From contig NC_068983.1 of the NCBI RefSeq assembly GCF_001194135.2, positions 127,980,762 through 128,044,761 of the forward strand: 64,000 nt of DNA. Reading direction: 5' to 3'. The position numbers were made by a program, and so were the translations under genes. The first letter of the stretch is position 1. Every line of letters starts with the position of its first letter. Shown here piece by piece: positions 11,696 to 27,220 of the stretch. This DNA is from Octopus bimaculoides. Lineage: Eukaryota. The notes beneath the pieces were generated by a model that worked only from the letters and a program-made list of their open reading frames with translations, had not been told where the DNA came from and did not search any database.

Positions 11696-12617
11696 TGCCT
11701 GCATATATGCAGAAATGCACAACACTCACATATGTTCACGCATTAAAGATTCCTAATACTCACACGATCATTTCATGTACACGGAATATGTGCTCTCACA
11801 CGAAAATACATTACTTGTACGGACATATAATTACATAGAAAGCCTTCTGTTTTTTCTACAACCTTCCACTCTGTATTTCATCGTTACACTTTCTGTATCT
11901 TGTTTTCCTGAAAACGTACGTTCGCCCGACATTGAATCAATAACACCAATACAAAAACCTATAGGTTATTGAACATGCTTCCAGAAGCTATCTTCAAATT
12001 TATCATATGATGTCTGCTTCAATCGTAAAAAGAAGAAGCATTAAATTTACGTCAGTAATAAAAACGAGAAATTCATGTTACTAAGTACACATTTATTCCG
12101 CCCTTTGTTCTCTCCGGGAAAAACTAAACTTTTAATTATTAAGAACGTATGAAACGCATTTTCGTACTTCTATAATTACCTGAGTTTTTTTTCCTTCAAA
12201 TCCTGCAACCTTTTATGTGTCTTTAGGCCTCAGATCAGATTCGTCTTCATGCTAAGTATCTTTGAAAGTCAGTGTGTGCAGAGAATTGAAGCTATAAAGC
12301 TGAAACAATCTTCCGTAATTGAATACCTGGATAAATATGGGGAAAATCTGACAGTCATGGGAAACGATAGATGAAAGATACATGCACTCTGTATGAACTT
12401 TTCACGTCAGTCGTGATTCATTGCGATTTTATTACTTTTTAATTAGCAATTGCACTATTACTAAAACATGATGTTCGTTAAGTGCGATGTGCATAGAATA
12501 CATTCCTAATTCTAGCATAACGAGCGACCGAACATATATTCCTCCAATGGCACACAAACTCACCTTTCGTTCAGAATATATAACTGGTTATAGGTGATTG
12601 TTTGTGTAGGAATGTGC

Positions 12618-12641
12618 ATACACACACACACACACACACAT

Positions 12642-12699
<58 letters not shown>

Positions 12700-12795
12700 G
12701 GGGGGTGTATGATAGATTGCTAGCTACTACACATCCTTTTTTCTCTCTTTGTTTCTTTCTGTGTTCCTTTCGGTGGAAAAGCGCGCGCGCGCGCG
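12618..12795. repeat. (CA)n(TA)n microsatellite and nearby (GC)7 run
   Basis: Directly visible; GCGCGCGCGCGCGCG at 12781-12795. Confidence 0.9.
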
Positions 12796-14028
12796 TATGA
12801 ATGAATGTATGATGCACACTACATTGTAAAGTTTAAGAGACGTTTTTCCATGTATTTCAGTAGTGGTATTATCAGATTTAAGCATCTTTCTCCAGGATTC
12901 ATTAAGTATATATGTTCGACATACTCACATCACAGATAGAGTAATTGAACTAACGATATATCTTCTATATGGCTGCTAGAATGAGTAAAAATAGCAACCA
13001 AATCTCTTCGAAGAACGACGTTCCTAAGGATTTGTACTTAAATACATCTTGAGAAGACTGAAGTGTGGATGGCCATGTTGGACCGTCTTACATCACCGTT
13101 TTCGTCGCTCCAGTTTGACATGGAGTTTAACATAAAAGCAACTCGATGATGCTCTGAGTTTAATGCAAGCTACATGAATATTCCCTGAGTAATCATGTTT
13201 TGTGATCTCAGTGCATATGTGTCGATAATTTGCTATTCATTTATCCAATAATTCATTAATTTAAGTAAAATTTCGCATTAACTTAGCAGATGTTAAAACA
13301 GACAGCCATCAATAGCATACAACTTACAATCGATTGAAACAGTTGAAGGTTATTCGTTTTTCAAAGTCTCTCATCAATATAAAGCCGAGTAATATTGCGC
13401 ATGATGTAATCCAAAGAAATGCAGTTTTCTCTGCTGTGTGCAAAGAAGACATTTTCAGAGACATGTTCTGATTTGATTATATAAAAATGAGTAATAATAT
13501 GGAATTCCATACAAATTAAATCATTGTCTAGATTCCTAGAATTTAGCAGAAATATTAAATTATGTCCTGAAGGTATTACTGGGAAATACGTAACGAATAT
13601 ATATCTCAACTGAAAATAACAACACACAGCTGAATCTTACGAATTATATTTTCCTGTAGCAAATTGAAGCTGCATGATTACAAAGACTGCAAACCAATAG
13701 AATTACGGAGAAGATTTGATGCGCATTGATTATGAAAGTAAATTGCATAGTTAGGACGATTTCCATGTGTAACCAGTTATCGTATTGTAAAGAGATGAAA
13801 TTATATGTGGGGAATATCCAGGTTTATACTGACACCCAAATTACACTTTTGGCCTGGAGTTTTCTCTTTTACAAACTGCATCACACTCATACACACACAC
13901 ATTCATGCGTATATATATTTGAATATATTCGTCTGAATATGTATAAACCTGTGTGTATGTGTGTGTATATGCTTGCACGCACACGAATATATATATGTGA
14001 TACATTTTATACGTGTATATATACATAC

Positions 14029-14085
<57 letters not shown>

Positions 14086-14660
14086 TACATATGATGATAC
14101 TCATGGAGTATCATCAGTAGTTAAGTGAGGATAATAGACATGTTGTTATATTAATAATATATCGTCGCTGCACAATTGTGATTGCATGTAGAACTTGTAA
14201 TACCAGCAATCACAGCAACATGTTAGCTTTGTTTATTGCCTACACGCTTGGACAGCAATCCTTCTTAGGTCCAAGTAACCTTCCCTGTGAAAAGCAAACC
14301 CAATGAGTGCTACTACAGCAATCGCTATAGAAATATATGGTTCCGATATATACTTAAAGCCTTCAGTGCGCTCGAAGTGGAAGGCCGCATTTGTTTTGTG
14401 ATCATATGAGCATAGGTACCACAATCTTTCTTTTACACCAAATATTATATTTTTTGTATAATTTACATATGGATTACACCGCGCAACAAAGTATTTCCCG
14501 AAAATAGTTTGTTAAATTGTATTTATACCTCTTTTCATGACAAGCAGAATATTTTTTTTATCCTAATTGCTACTGTTTTGCGACATTTTATATATTTTAT
14601 ATGTGATATTTGCATAAACTTCGCAGGAACATAACATTCACACACACACACACACACACA

Positions 14661-14695
<35 letters not shown>

Positions 14696-14705
14696 NNNNN
14701 NNNNN

Positions 14706-14752
<47 letters not shown>

Positions 14753-14914
14753 TGCGCATAGAATTTTGGATAATGAAAACGACTTTCGATAATGTACATC
14801 TGTCAGAATGTCAATGATGTCTACGATATACTTTCCTGCGTCGGAATTGTTTCCTCAGAATAACATTCGCTAAAAGAGATGATTCTGAGGAGTTTTCTAA
14901 GTTATAAAATACAT

Positions 14915-15400
14915 GGACTGGTAGAATCGTTAGCACTCCAGGCATAACGCTTACCAGTATTTCGTCCGTCTTTTGGTTGTGCGTCGAAATTCCGCTGACG
15001 TCGACTTTGCATGTCATCCTTTCAGGGTCGATAGATTACGTACTAGTTGAGTACGTAGGTGCATGCAATAGGCTTAACTACTCCATCTAAATTTCACGCT
15101 TTGTGAATTGTAGAATGGATTATTATTACGGCAGCTAGCTGGTAGAATCATTAGCACAACGGGCAAAATGCTTAGCGGGATTGCGTCCATCTTGAGGTTG
15201 TGAGTTCAAATGCTGCTGTGGTCAAATTTGCCTTTCGGGGTCAGTAAAGCAAGTCCTAGTGAAACACTGGGGTCAGTGTAATTGACTAGTCAACTCCACG
15301 TTCATCGACTAGTCCACTTTCAGGCATTTAATAAAAAGGATTATTTTTATCATTTTTATTATCATTGCGGCTAGCTGGCAGAATGGTCAAGGTATTTCAA
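14915..15400 (+). mobile_element. Three same-orientation SINE family A copies in tandem (14915-15080, 15129-15340, head only 15367-15400)
   Basis: Three CTGG(T/C)AGAAT heads; the first two continue into AATGCTTAGC or CGCTTACC, B-box-like and core sequence. Confidence 0.75.
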
Positions 15401-18254
15401 TTATGATAGCTGTTTCTGGGGGCTTCAAATTAAGCAATAGTTCTAATAGTGACCGATGGAGTGCGCAATAAAGTCAAGAGTATGCAACCAGTAGTGGATA
15501 TCTAGAAACATTAACGTAAGATCCAGCCTCTGTTTCCAAGGTGGAGGGATTAACACTTCGGAGTGACTCCGATAATTTGAGCACTAGGAAGTGTTTTCTG
15601 TAGTGAAATCTCTGAATCTAGTCTGTTTACTTGATATATATATATATATATATATATTAGAAATATAATATTTCTAAATCTCTCAGAGAGATTTAAGCAG
15701 TAGTGGAGCGATAAAGTTGTAGTATATTGTCAACTTAATGTGACAATCCCAATAAGGGAACGCACTACTGCCGTTTATCCCTGGGAAGCTGGACCGCTTC
15801 CTGTCGGCCTTGACACAATNNNNNNNNNNNNNNNNNNNNNNNNNNNNNNNNNNNNNNNNNNNNNNNNNNNNNNNNNNNNNNNNNNNNNNNNNNNNNNNNN
15901 NNNNNNNNNNNNNNNNNNNNNNNNNNNNNNNNNNNNNNNNNNNNNNNNNNNNNNNNNNNNNNNNNNNNNNNNNNNNNNNNNNNNNNNNNNNNNNNNNNNN
16001 NNNTATATATATATATATCAACAGACGATATCAAGAGATTTTACAATCATATATAACGTTTCGAGCCTACGCTCTTCCACAGAAAGGAATACAGAAAGAA
16101 ACAAGGAAAGACAAAAAAATGTGCGTAGTGTTCAGCGATCTGTCATGGCGATCTATCATATATATATGCATGTGGGGGGGATGGCATATTGTGAGTGGCA
16201 TATATACGTGTATAATTGATCACAAAATCGATAAAAAAAAATTATACCCACATAACGAACAACAATATCGAAACAAAAATGTCGTAGTAGTTTTATATAC
16301 CAATTCCTCAAATACAGCATCACATACCTTTTGCTACAAAGATATATTGCTAATATTATCAATATATCTGCTACGCTTAACATCACAACAACACCATTTC
16401 TTAGCAACTCTAATTCAGTTTCTGTCTTGTAAGAGATTTTCGTTTCTCTGTATATTGCAAGTTCAACTTTAGTTTTTATCTGGTCTCGTAAGACTTGAAA
16501 GAATATAATTTACCTATTTCACTTTTGTATATTTCTTTAAATTTACTTGCACTAACTCATGGCAAATTATTTGATGTTCTTCAGACTTCCACCTTTGTCA
16601 CAACATGCGAATGTTTATGATCATTATCTTTATATATTCATTTACTCCTCTTCACTACTTCTAGTCCAATGGACTAAAAACCGCCATTGTTTTATTGAAA
16701 ACGAATTCAGTCACAGTCTATTTGCCTGTAGATTTCTGTTATTTTGTAGCTATAAATCAAACACTGATACAAAAAAACTATACAGAATATGATACGAATC
16801 AACCATTATGTGATCCATTTACATCTGCAAAATATTTCAAGAAAACAATAGAGATGAAAGGGCAGTAGTATGAAGTAACAGTAATTTGTAATAAGATGTT
16901 TCTCTCCACACGATATCAACATGTTGCGGTTTGTTGCTCAGGTCTCACCCACAAATTTTGGCAGCCGTTCAAAGACATCATAGACGCTAGATTCTATGTG
17001 TTTTAAAAGCTTTTCTCTTAGGATTCATTGCATTGTGTATATCAACAGTGAAGAAGACGTGAATAAGATGTAACATGAAACATTATATATATATTTTTTT
17101 TTAAAAAGGCAATTCAATATCTGGTTATCAGCCCAGTCTTAATATTTAACCTTGAATAAAAATCAACATGTACTCATTATTCAGCAATACATATTCTTCA
17201 ATAAGATTTTAGAGTAAAATTCAATAACTTTTATAACCGAATGAAACTGACAATAAATCGAATTATGTTCAACAATCGCAAATATTTCTTCATATACTGC
17301 AACATCATGAAGGGTTCATTAATGATATCCCTGTGTAAACACAGTGAACTCCAAATCGCAAGCACTATGCTCAGACAATTTTTATGTCTGAGAGAAAAGA
17401 GTTGCGTCAATGAAATACAGTTCTGCATGAACAACACACGCTGTTCTTAAACAAATATAGTGTTGTCTATCTGCACAAGTGTTACTCTTAAATGCACACA
17501 ATAGTGTATAAGTCAACAGAAAGGCCGCCATATAAGCACAAGTGCATTAGGTCAATGTAGGTTGCTGTTAATGAGGCCTAAACATATTTGTGTTTCAGTC
17601 AAAGAATTGTTATATAAACTCAGAGATCTCTCATCCATGAAGGTTGCTGTCAAATAAACTATGTCCAGAGAGCTACAGGGATTTCTGTCACATGAACATA
17701 GCTATAACTAAGCCACGTGTTTTATTATGAAATAAACACGCTGATCTTCCACTGACGCGTTAGCCTCATTGTCGCAATGATTACCATATACATATCAGTT
17801 TCACCTAATTACCGTACAATCCAGTAAAAAAACAGTAAAAGAATCTCTATGTCAATTACAGACAATCATTAAGTAGCCCTCATATTAAAGCCACCTAGAA
17901 CTGGCACATCATTTCATATAGTTGTAGATGTTTTAGCTCAAATATATAATGAGATTGGTACACTTGAAAAACGTCTGATGACAAATCTGCTTTATCGATG
18001 TTTGTGTTGTTCTGAACAACAACAACAACAAAACATGTGTCTCGCATGTTTGTACTCTCCTTACTTTTGCCAGGTTTTAGCCTAAATATCACACTAAATT
18101 CCCATTATTTATCTGTTGAAATGGTTCCCATTATTTATCTATTGAAATGTGCTTCCTTCATAACTGAATATAATAATGAATTTAAATATGTATTAATCAA
18201 CATAACTTTTACTATTATAGCACAACGCTTGAGATTTTTGTGGAGAGCAGGGTA

Positions 18255-18378
18255 GTTCATCACATGGATCCCAGTGCTCGACCACAGGAGTATTTGAACC
18301 CAGAAGGTAAAACCAGGAGAAATGCCGCGAAGCATTTTTCCTCGCGTACTAAATATTTCTGCCAGTTCGCCTCCTTAG
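18255..18378 (-). mobile_element. SINE family A, 5' part
   Basis: Reverse complement reads GGAGGCGAACTGGCAGAAAT..AAAATGCTTCGCGGCATTTC..GGGTTCAAATACTCC. Confidence 0.7.
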
Positions 18379-19261
18379 TTATTAATCAATAAAATATAAA
18401 ATATAAAATACCCTTTCATTCAAGACATGGATTCAGAATCCTTAAGTTGTAGGCCATTATGAATGGACAAACAAATAAATATAAAATCGTGCCTTCAAAG
18501 CAGTAACGTTTAAAACTGAACATGTATGTACACGCATCTACAGATTTGCACACATACATGTAGTACTTTTGATCTGATTTCCCTTCATTGCTTCAAACGC
18601 CAACAATAACATATGTTAATTATGCTATGAGATATCCTTTAACTTCCTGTGAACGTCTTCTAACAACAGACATTTATGTAACGAAATAAAATGGGAAATT
18701 TCTAGCGGTACGGATTCACTAATCAGAAAGCAACACACACGCGGACACACACCCATGCACGCGAATATATCTCTACGGTCATGCGTGTATGTTCGTATAT
18801 AGATACATACAAAGTACATGTCGATGATATAGTGTAAACATGCTGTGGGTTCTTAACACACTTTTTGTTTTGTTGTAGAAATAAAATACTCTGCCTAAGC
18901 CACATCTATTTCTCTTTCTGTTGACGATAATGAGATCAACCTGACTTGGTTACCTAAAATTTTAATTCCTCCAGACGCCACGCATTGCTTCCATTCATTA
19001 ATATATGTTACCAATGATTACACTTTTACACAAATTAATGTAAAACCATTGATATATTCTATACTGCGAATACCATCACTAGAAGTGTTAACATTTCGAG
19101 TACACATCTGTTTTTCTTTTTCTGTAATATTAGCTCAATCTATCTCCCTACCTACTCTTTTTGTTTTCTGTTTACGTTTCTCACTTTAATCACTTCGCCA
19201 TATATACATCACCAGCGCCCATTTCAACTGAGATAGCATTAAATTTTCTGACTCCAACATC

Positions 19262-19262
<1 letters not shown>

Positions 19263-19314
<52 letters not shown>

Positions 19315-19340
19315 CCTCTCTCTCTCACTCTCTCTCTCTC
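19263..19340. repeat. (CT)n microsatellite
   Basis: Directly visible. Confidence 0.95.
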
Positions 19341-20767
19341 TATGCCTCCTTTTTGTCTCTGACTTTGTCTCTCTCACTGCCATTATATATTTTTCTCTGC
19401 CTCTCTTTCTCACAACATCTTTCATTCCACATTATTCTTGACTATTGGTATTTATTCACCTTTCTATGATTATTACACTAACCTGTTTCCTTTTTCTCTA
19501 CAGAAGGGTAACGGTCTGAAACATTAGATACTTTTTTCAGAACATTTATGGCTTAACGTTTGTCGGTACTGAACATCGCCAGGTTACCTTAAAACTCTGA
19601 GTTCTTTCATTAACGATCTTTACGGCTGAGCGGGCATATTAAAGATTTTTATACTTCAGTTGTTACACTACAGTCCTTCATGGCTGAGATGTTACATGGA
19701 GGAATGAATACACAGTGTAAATAAATTAAGCTTCTTAAGTCAATTTTGTCACATTAAACTATAGTAACCTATGTTTTATTGTTGTGAAAGAATCTGTATT
19801 TGGCTATTCGACTTGCTTGAAATAGCAGTAAAAGCCTACTAAAAATATATTTTTTTTTTTAAACATATCATTGACACATTGATGAAAAAATATAAAATAC
19901 GGAAGTGCGGTAGCTACTTTCATCATTTCGATGCTCGATTGAGATAAACGCAAAATCAACAACAATGACGTCCGAGAGATATTTACCGTCGTTAGTCATA
20001 TTCGAAATGGCTGTGAAAACACAAACTAAAATACGATAAAGGTAGGACGACATCTTACATTCAACGTGTGATGAGAGATTACATTAGGAAGTAGCGGTTG
20101 AAATACTTTGGAATATAGATCTGCTCTATTAGAGATGGCCTAGTGTTAAACAACAACAAAAAAACAAGCTATTGTCTAAATTGGTAGTGATATAATTAAA
20201 TAAATTAGGATATAGATATTCTGTATGTAAGATATTGGAAATGACAGGTGGGTGAGAAATGATGGTGCAATATTTATGAGTGTTTTACTTTTACTAGTTA
20301 CTCTCTTCGATATTCCATTCTATAGTTCTTGAGGTGTAAAATCCTATTTCGCAGAAAGCGGCAGATCGATCGAAGACTACCGTCCACCAGTGTTGGTTTA
20401 ATGTGGCGTAAGCCAAAGTGAGAGACACATGTTGATAGTGAACTGGTACATTCGATATCTTAGTTTTTCCCTTTCTCACTCATTTGTGACGTTATTTCAT
20501 TCGAACTGTTGTTAATACAGGTCGCTGGTTTAAGGCAACGAATCGTAAAACGACATTTCTCTTCATTTCACCTTCCCGCTGTCACTTCATTTCCCATCCA
20601 TAATAATATTTGTATATCTGTATATTTATATATATCACTAACACATACTTCTTTCTTCATCCAATCAAATCATATACCTTTTCATATTATAAATTGCAGC
20701 ATATATGTACGTATGTGTGTGTATGCAGAAACAAATACGTATATGTGTGTATTCTATGCAGTATGTT

Positions 20768-20794
20768 AGATAGATAGCAACCTAGCTAGCTAGC

Positions 20795-20830
<36 letters not shown>

Positions 20831-20930
20831 AAGAAAGATGCTTACATTTATACATACATACAGACTTACATACATACAGACTTACATACATACAGACTTA
20901 CAAACATACAGATTTACATACATAATCCTC
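20768..20930. repeat. Compound (TAGA)n/(TAGC)n and (TACA)n-derived repeat
   Basis: Directly visible tetranucleotide runs. Confidence 0.85.
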
Positions 20931-23204
20931 CTTACATGTAGATATAGCAATGGTCGCTCTCAATTATTTCAAAATCTCACTATCTGTGTATTTATGTATG
21001 TGCATTTCAATATTATATATATATACGCACATGCACGCACACACATACACACATGATGTGATATATATGGTTACATGTAAACACCGGCGCACACACCTGA
21101 ATGTGTGTATAAAATCCCTTTGTGATTAGATTAAGCATGTGCATAGTGCCTCTATGTTATTGGTTTATTTTCTTCCACCCTTACCACTTTCCTCATAACA
21201 TTCTATACTTGAAAATCCGATTTACATCTTTCCTGATACTTAATACTCTGATAAAACAGGCTGAATAACATTACAAGTCGTATACGCCAATGCAGCTTGT
21301 GCATAACTTGGAAACTACCAGTGTTAAACAGGCGAATCCCGCAAGAAAGGTTGATATCTATGTTGTATTATAAATGTAATTCCTTAGATAATTCTTCCTT
21401 TTCGACCTGCTAATGCCTAAAATCCAACGCATAAAATATATTTTCTCTTCCACTAATTTCTAATCTTCGAATCTAAAGATAAATTGGTTAGGTTAAAGGT
21501 AAGAAATTCATTCCTAAACTTTATTATTTCCCCGCCGTGAAGGAGGAATTCGCTATGGTATCGAAAGAATCACCGTTCTAATTAAACCGCGTACATAATA
21601 TAATCCTATGTATTACTTACCCCACGTTACAAATAGGACGTTAAAGATACTGGTTAATAAAATCCTCTTCAAAATTTATATGAATGTCTCCGAAGCACAA
21701 TAAAGAGACATTAATCTAACGATATCTCATTTTCCATCCTCAGCTAAGTATCCGGTACCTATGAAAGTCAATAAAAACGAATTTTATCGTATACACATCT
21801 ACTTAAGTCTTTCATTTTATTTAAGCCATGCTGGAGCAAAACTCCATGTACGTTTAGACAATAGAAATAATAGCATGGCTTTTCTTCACGATTTTCAAAT
21901 CAAATTCCCTTGCAACTGGCTATCAGAAAACCTCGAAAAATTCGACAAAATCAAAACAGATTACACAATCTAATCTAAGCTCTGCTTTAGCAAACTGTTG
22001 ATAGACAGCAGGAGAATAAGATCGTTACACACATCTATTCCGTAATTCCAATAGGAAATAAACATTTTGTAGTAAGGTAGTTTAAGTCAGACTCCTCTCT
22101 CGAACAATTCACGTTTGCCCAACATATGTATTTGCCAAGTACTTTAGACTCCTCTTATTCCACAACATGAAACCATTGTTTGAATTATGTTACATTTAGC
22201 AAACAAATAACGTCAATAGTTTCCTCGGAGGATTTTGTTTTACAGTTGTTGCATACATTGTTACGGAAGAGCATGCGACAACGAAATAAAGATCTATAAC
22301 GCTTGGCTAGGAGAAATAAGGTGGTTTATATTCTTTTTGTAACTAAAAGGTGAATTTGAATTACTTTAAAAACTTTTTTTGTATTCGTCATTCAACTCAG
22401 ATTTTTAACTTATCCATTTGCTGAGGTACGATATCACCGCAATCATATCCGATAATGATATATTTCTTGTAATTCGTAGTAGAATTTCTGTATTTCGAAT
22501 ATATTTGACTAGTTTTATTTGGTAAAAGTTCACAAATAAATTTCTTATATTCCTTCATTTTTGTTTCTATGCATTTCTTAATTTTATTTTCTACAATTGT
22601 TTCATTTTAATTTGATTTTTGAACGTGTCTATGAGATATTTACTTACGCAAATGCATCAATACTTGAACATATGTGAAGACATACATACATAAATATATA
22701 TTCTTATGCACAGTTTAGAAATAAATAACTGTCTATGCGTGTGCATGTAGGAAGGCATCTCAGTGATAAATATCTCTAGATGTGAATTCTTCGAAAAACA
22801 AACAAAAACATTAGATATATTCTTCATGAAATCTTGAGCGTTTACCTGAAAATCACCTTCAGAAAAATACTATCTATCAGGTACTTCGTTATATCAGACA
22901 AATTTAGACGTTGAGAAATATATACGGCTGAAGATTGTCTTCTTTGTTTTAGAGAGGCGGCTAAATGATCTCGTCGACATTGACGTCGCTTACTCTAAGA
23001 CTGTCTCTCATTCAAGAGTTGTTGTGAATAGCAACTGATTGTAACATTACAACATTTCCTAAATTATAAAGAAATCGTTTGCAAGTCCTTACTGTCTATT
23101 ATCGCCATTGTAACATTAACAGTCTTGGAAATAGCCACTACCGTGCAATATCTAAATATCTGAATATGTTCCTTCGTATTGAGTGTATGTATATATATAC
23201 ATAC

Positions 23205-23249
<45 letters not shown>

Positions 23250-25670
23250 TATTGATACTTATATATTTGCGTAAGTGAATGTATATGCGTATAAATAAGC
23301 AAACAATATGTATGTGTGTGTTTTTGGGCGGGGGGGGTGAGAGAGAGAGAGTGTGTGTATATATATATAATTGCTTTTATTTTTTATCGGATGAATACAG
23401 AAAGCAAGGCGTATTAAGTCAAACGAATCCAACAATTGTTCAAAATAGAATTACGTTTGTGTATGTGCCGAACATGAATTGGCGGCACTGTTTTCTTTAA
23501 CCAATTCTTTATTGATTATGATTGTAATTCAAATACAGAGACATCTTCTAAATTCGATAAAAGGAACATTTCACCTTCTACCATTTTACATTCTAAGCTA
23601 ATTTTCTTATTATTTGGTCCGTCTACAGGCTCCTCTTGAAATTCAGAAAATATTTCTATTCATACAAGACTAATATCAAGTTAATATGCTCCACCAACAT
23701 ATACAACTGACATTTATATTTGTCTTCTATTTATACTAATACTATGAACCTTATAGCAACAATGTAGATAGACTTTATTGAGAGTTTAACACTTTCTCTC
23801 TACTTCCAACTGCACAATCCAATATATCTCATGTCTCCCAGCCATCTTCATACACAATAATACACAAATACAAAGTGTTGTCGTTAATGTTGCTTCATGA
23901 CTATTATAAATTAAACTTTGTGTTAAAAATGTATTCATAAACTAATGTTTATGCAGACGTTACTATGCAGGCCTTCACTAAACCGGAAAATATGTCGTGT
24001 ATAAATTACACCTTCCTGGTAGTTATGTCAGTTAGTTAATTATTGATGCGCTAAGCAAATTGAACAGGATAGAGTAATTGTACTACAGACTAGATCTGAT
24101 ATTGTTATTCTTTTTTAGGTATTACTAGTGGTGGCGGTGGTATTAATAGTAGCAACAGCAGAAATTTTATCGTGTAGAATGTGTGTAATCGTATATTGTC
24201 GTAAAATATAAGCGAATTTTTGTTTGATAATAATACCGTTTCATTGTAATAAGCCTGTACATAATTTCTACCACAATCTGAGACAAGTGAATAAACAGAC
24301 TTTCGAGACGTCGTCCAAATATATCCGAAACAAGTTATAGCGTTAACCTCTTGTGTGTGTGTATATATATATATTTCTCTAGTGTTTATATGCATGAAGT
24401 GTAAGTTATATTTTGAAGTAGTAGAAGCTACAGCATCTAATATACATTTATGTTATACAACAAAGGCTACTTAAAATTACTAATTACTAAATATAACATG
24501 TGTTCCCGTGGGTTTCTATGTGTATATGAATGTATATATTTATGAATTTTGTTTTTAGATTTATTCAACTTCTCCACAGAATAAGATTCGTTGACTAGCA
24601 AAATGGGATTAAGTTTAAGTTTCATTTAAGACAATACCCAATGTGTTTCAGTAAATAAGTCAATAAGGGCCATCCATATAGGGATAATTACAAGCCTTGT
24701 AATGTTTGACATATTTTTATTCTATCACTCATTGGTTGAAACTTGATTAAGCGATTTAGTGTCCTTAGAAATTTAATGGGAATCTTTACCATTTAATGGA
24801 AAACACAATCGCTTCTTTAGTTACATACTCTAGTGCAAATAAGATAAAAATGTACTAATAAAATCTAAATCCTTGACATAACATAAGATGTAATATTTAT
24901 ATTCGCTTGGCAACTGATCTTTGCAAATATGTAAAGCTTTTGTTTGCTTTACAAGAGAACAATATCATATTTGCTGTATTTGTATCGGATTTTATGTTTT
25001 TATGGAAGGTTTCGCTATTACTCCATATTTTCAAAGTTATAGATGCATTCTCTTTCTGCTGACTTGTTATTGCTACCATACTACACACTCAAAACACAAA
25101 GATACAAATGCATATACGTGTGTTATATATGTATACACACACGCATAAATTTATGTATAAATATGTACACACACACACACACACACGCACACATATATAT
25201 ATATATATATATATGTATACGTGTGTGTATAACTATATGTATTTGTGCATATATTTGCATGTGAATATATCCGTGTATGTGTGTGGGGTATTGTTTATGG
25301 TCAGTTACGGACAAGATATTAGAGGAATAGTTGAGCAACTTAGGTATGTGTTAACGCACTTATATCGTTCTCTGCCAGCGTATATCAAATCAGTATTTGC
25401 TTGATGATGTTATAAGGTTATATTTATTCATTGGATTTATATGCTTGAATAAACATGCCCATATACGTAGTTTTACAAATATCTTACAAATTCAGTCATT
25501 AGTTGATTGATCAGATTCGAGGAAGACACTGCAGTCTTCCATTGTTCGTTACTGGAAAACAGTTACCATTTATATGTATCATTTGATATTTATATTCGGA
25601 AGCTTTCTATGTTTAATCAATGTATATTAGTAATAGTATATGACAGCATATATATATATATATATATATT

Positions 25671-25920
25671 CGGCTGAACTCGAAACAATCCAGCGAAGCT
25701 ACAAGGAGAAGATTGTCTCAAACGGACATGTCAGCTAGTGGGATAGTGGGAAAGGCTGAAAACTTTAAGACCTTATTCCATAGACCGAAGGCGAGAAAGA
25801 TATGCAGTAACATACATTCAGAAAATCTTGGAAGGACTTTTACCGAGCTTTATCATTGAAAGTTACAGAAACAGCAGAACTGTGTGCACTGCATATCGTT
25901 AGAGGTCCAAACATCGCTAT
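25671..25920 (+). mobile_element. CR1/L2-type LINE fragment (RT C-terminal region), disrupted
   Basis: Reads AELETIQRSYKEKI..VS*WD, then after a frameshift RLKTLRPYSIDRRRERYAVTYIQKILEGLLP, matching the CR1 pattern LE.VQR..T..I....Y.ERL..L.L.SLE.RR.R. Confidence 0.8.
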
Positions 25921-27220
25921 TAAAACATACGACCATATATTGCAACATCATCAAACATTCACTAAATTCCACGTATCAGAGTAGTTTTCAAGCAGTAGTA
26001 AAGGTGAAGTAAATCTAGCGACAGTTCTACTGCATGTCCTTAATCACGCCATTCATCAAATGCGATCCACTATAAAATCCGCTCTACCTATCCCAATATA
26101 GATGACATTGAAATATTAAATTATTCTACCAGTAATTTAGCTAAACGTATTAATGTTTCAAATGAAATATCTGAATGATTTGGTAAATGTAACATTAAGT
26201 GCATTAGTCAAAAACTTATCTGCTTGGACAGAAAATAAAACTATCTTGCAAATAATCTCCCTCGCACTTCCCAAATTTTATAGGAACTTTGTTGAGGTGA
26301 GAAATGTCAAGCTAGCAGAAAAGTATTTTCTTTTGTAGACACTTCTTACTAAAGCTAACTTCGGTGTATGTGTTTTCCATAGGTATTATCAACAGAAATA
26401 TTTTACCCTTATAGCAGTAATTTCCAATTCATATGATATCACTTATATAAAATAATCATGTTTTAATGCTTGATGGCAGTAGTATCATTCCGAGCACGAA
26501 ACGTGAGTGAAGTGGCGTCGTCATTATGACGTAATGTCTAGTGAATAATGAGTAAAGACATTATTTGAAATATCTACAGTATTTATTGAAAAACCAATTG
26601 ATATTAAATGTCAGTGACAGTAAGCTGAAACACTTAAATACGATAAATCTAGAAAGATTATGCATATTGACATTTTAATTTCGGTAGCTTTTATTTTAAT
26701 TTCTTTTTATTTATCTTTTATTTTTCAAAAGGGAGAGATAGGCAACGTCACATACAGAATGTCTAATATAAGTTATTATGAAATATATTTACATTTCTCT
26801 ACTCACAGATAATATTTTAGAGAGAGATGAATATTATATATATCAGCTTATATGGCTAAATAAAATTGCCACATTCTCCTCAGATACCAATCAAAATGCG
26901 TATCTTATACCTAGCCTCTATTTTCAAATACCACAAGATAAAGTGGAGCCTAGATTAAGGTGACTCCATCTTCTAGTAATAGGAATGAAATCTCCATGTG
27001 ATCAAACTCAATATTTTAAAAATGCAAGAATACTATGTCAATTACATATATTTTCAGATCGTACTCCTTTATTCCTACATCGGCTCTGATCTACAAAACA
27101 TTAGGTGAAACGAAAGCAGCTTCTTTTCTATAGAGATTGAATTCCTAATTCACAATAAGGTTAATATGGATGCATACGTATATGTATGTATATATGTATT
27201 TGTATATGTATGTATATGTA

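Noticed and set aside
12558-12583. Minus-strand donor AAG|GTGAGT with a 20-nt upstream exon
   Set aside because: Poor acceptor, not frame-preserving, and adjacent to a microsatellite.
12781-12795. (GC)7 run as a functional Z-DNA element
   Set aside because: Similar runs at about 47045 and 54953 sit at edges of CA/TG repeats and look like microsatellite by-products.
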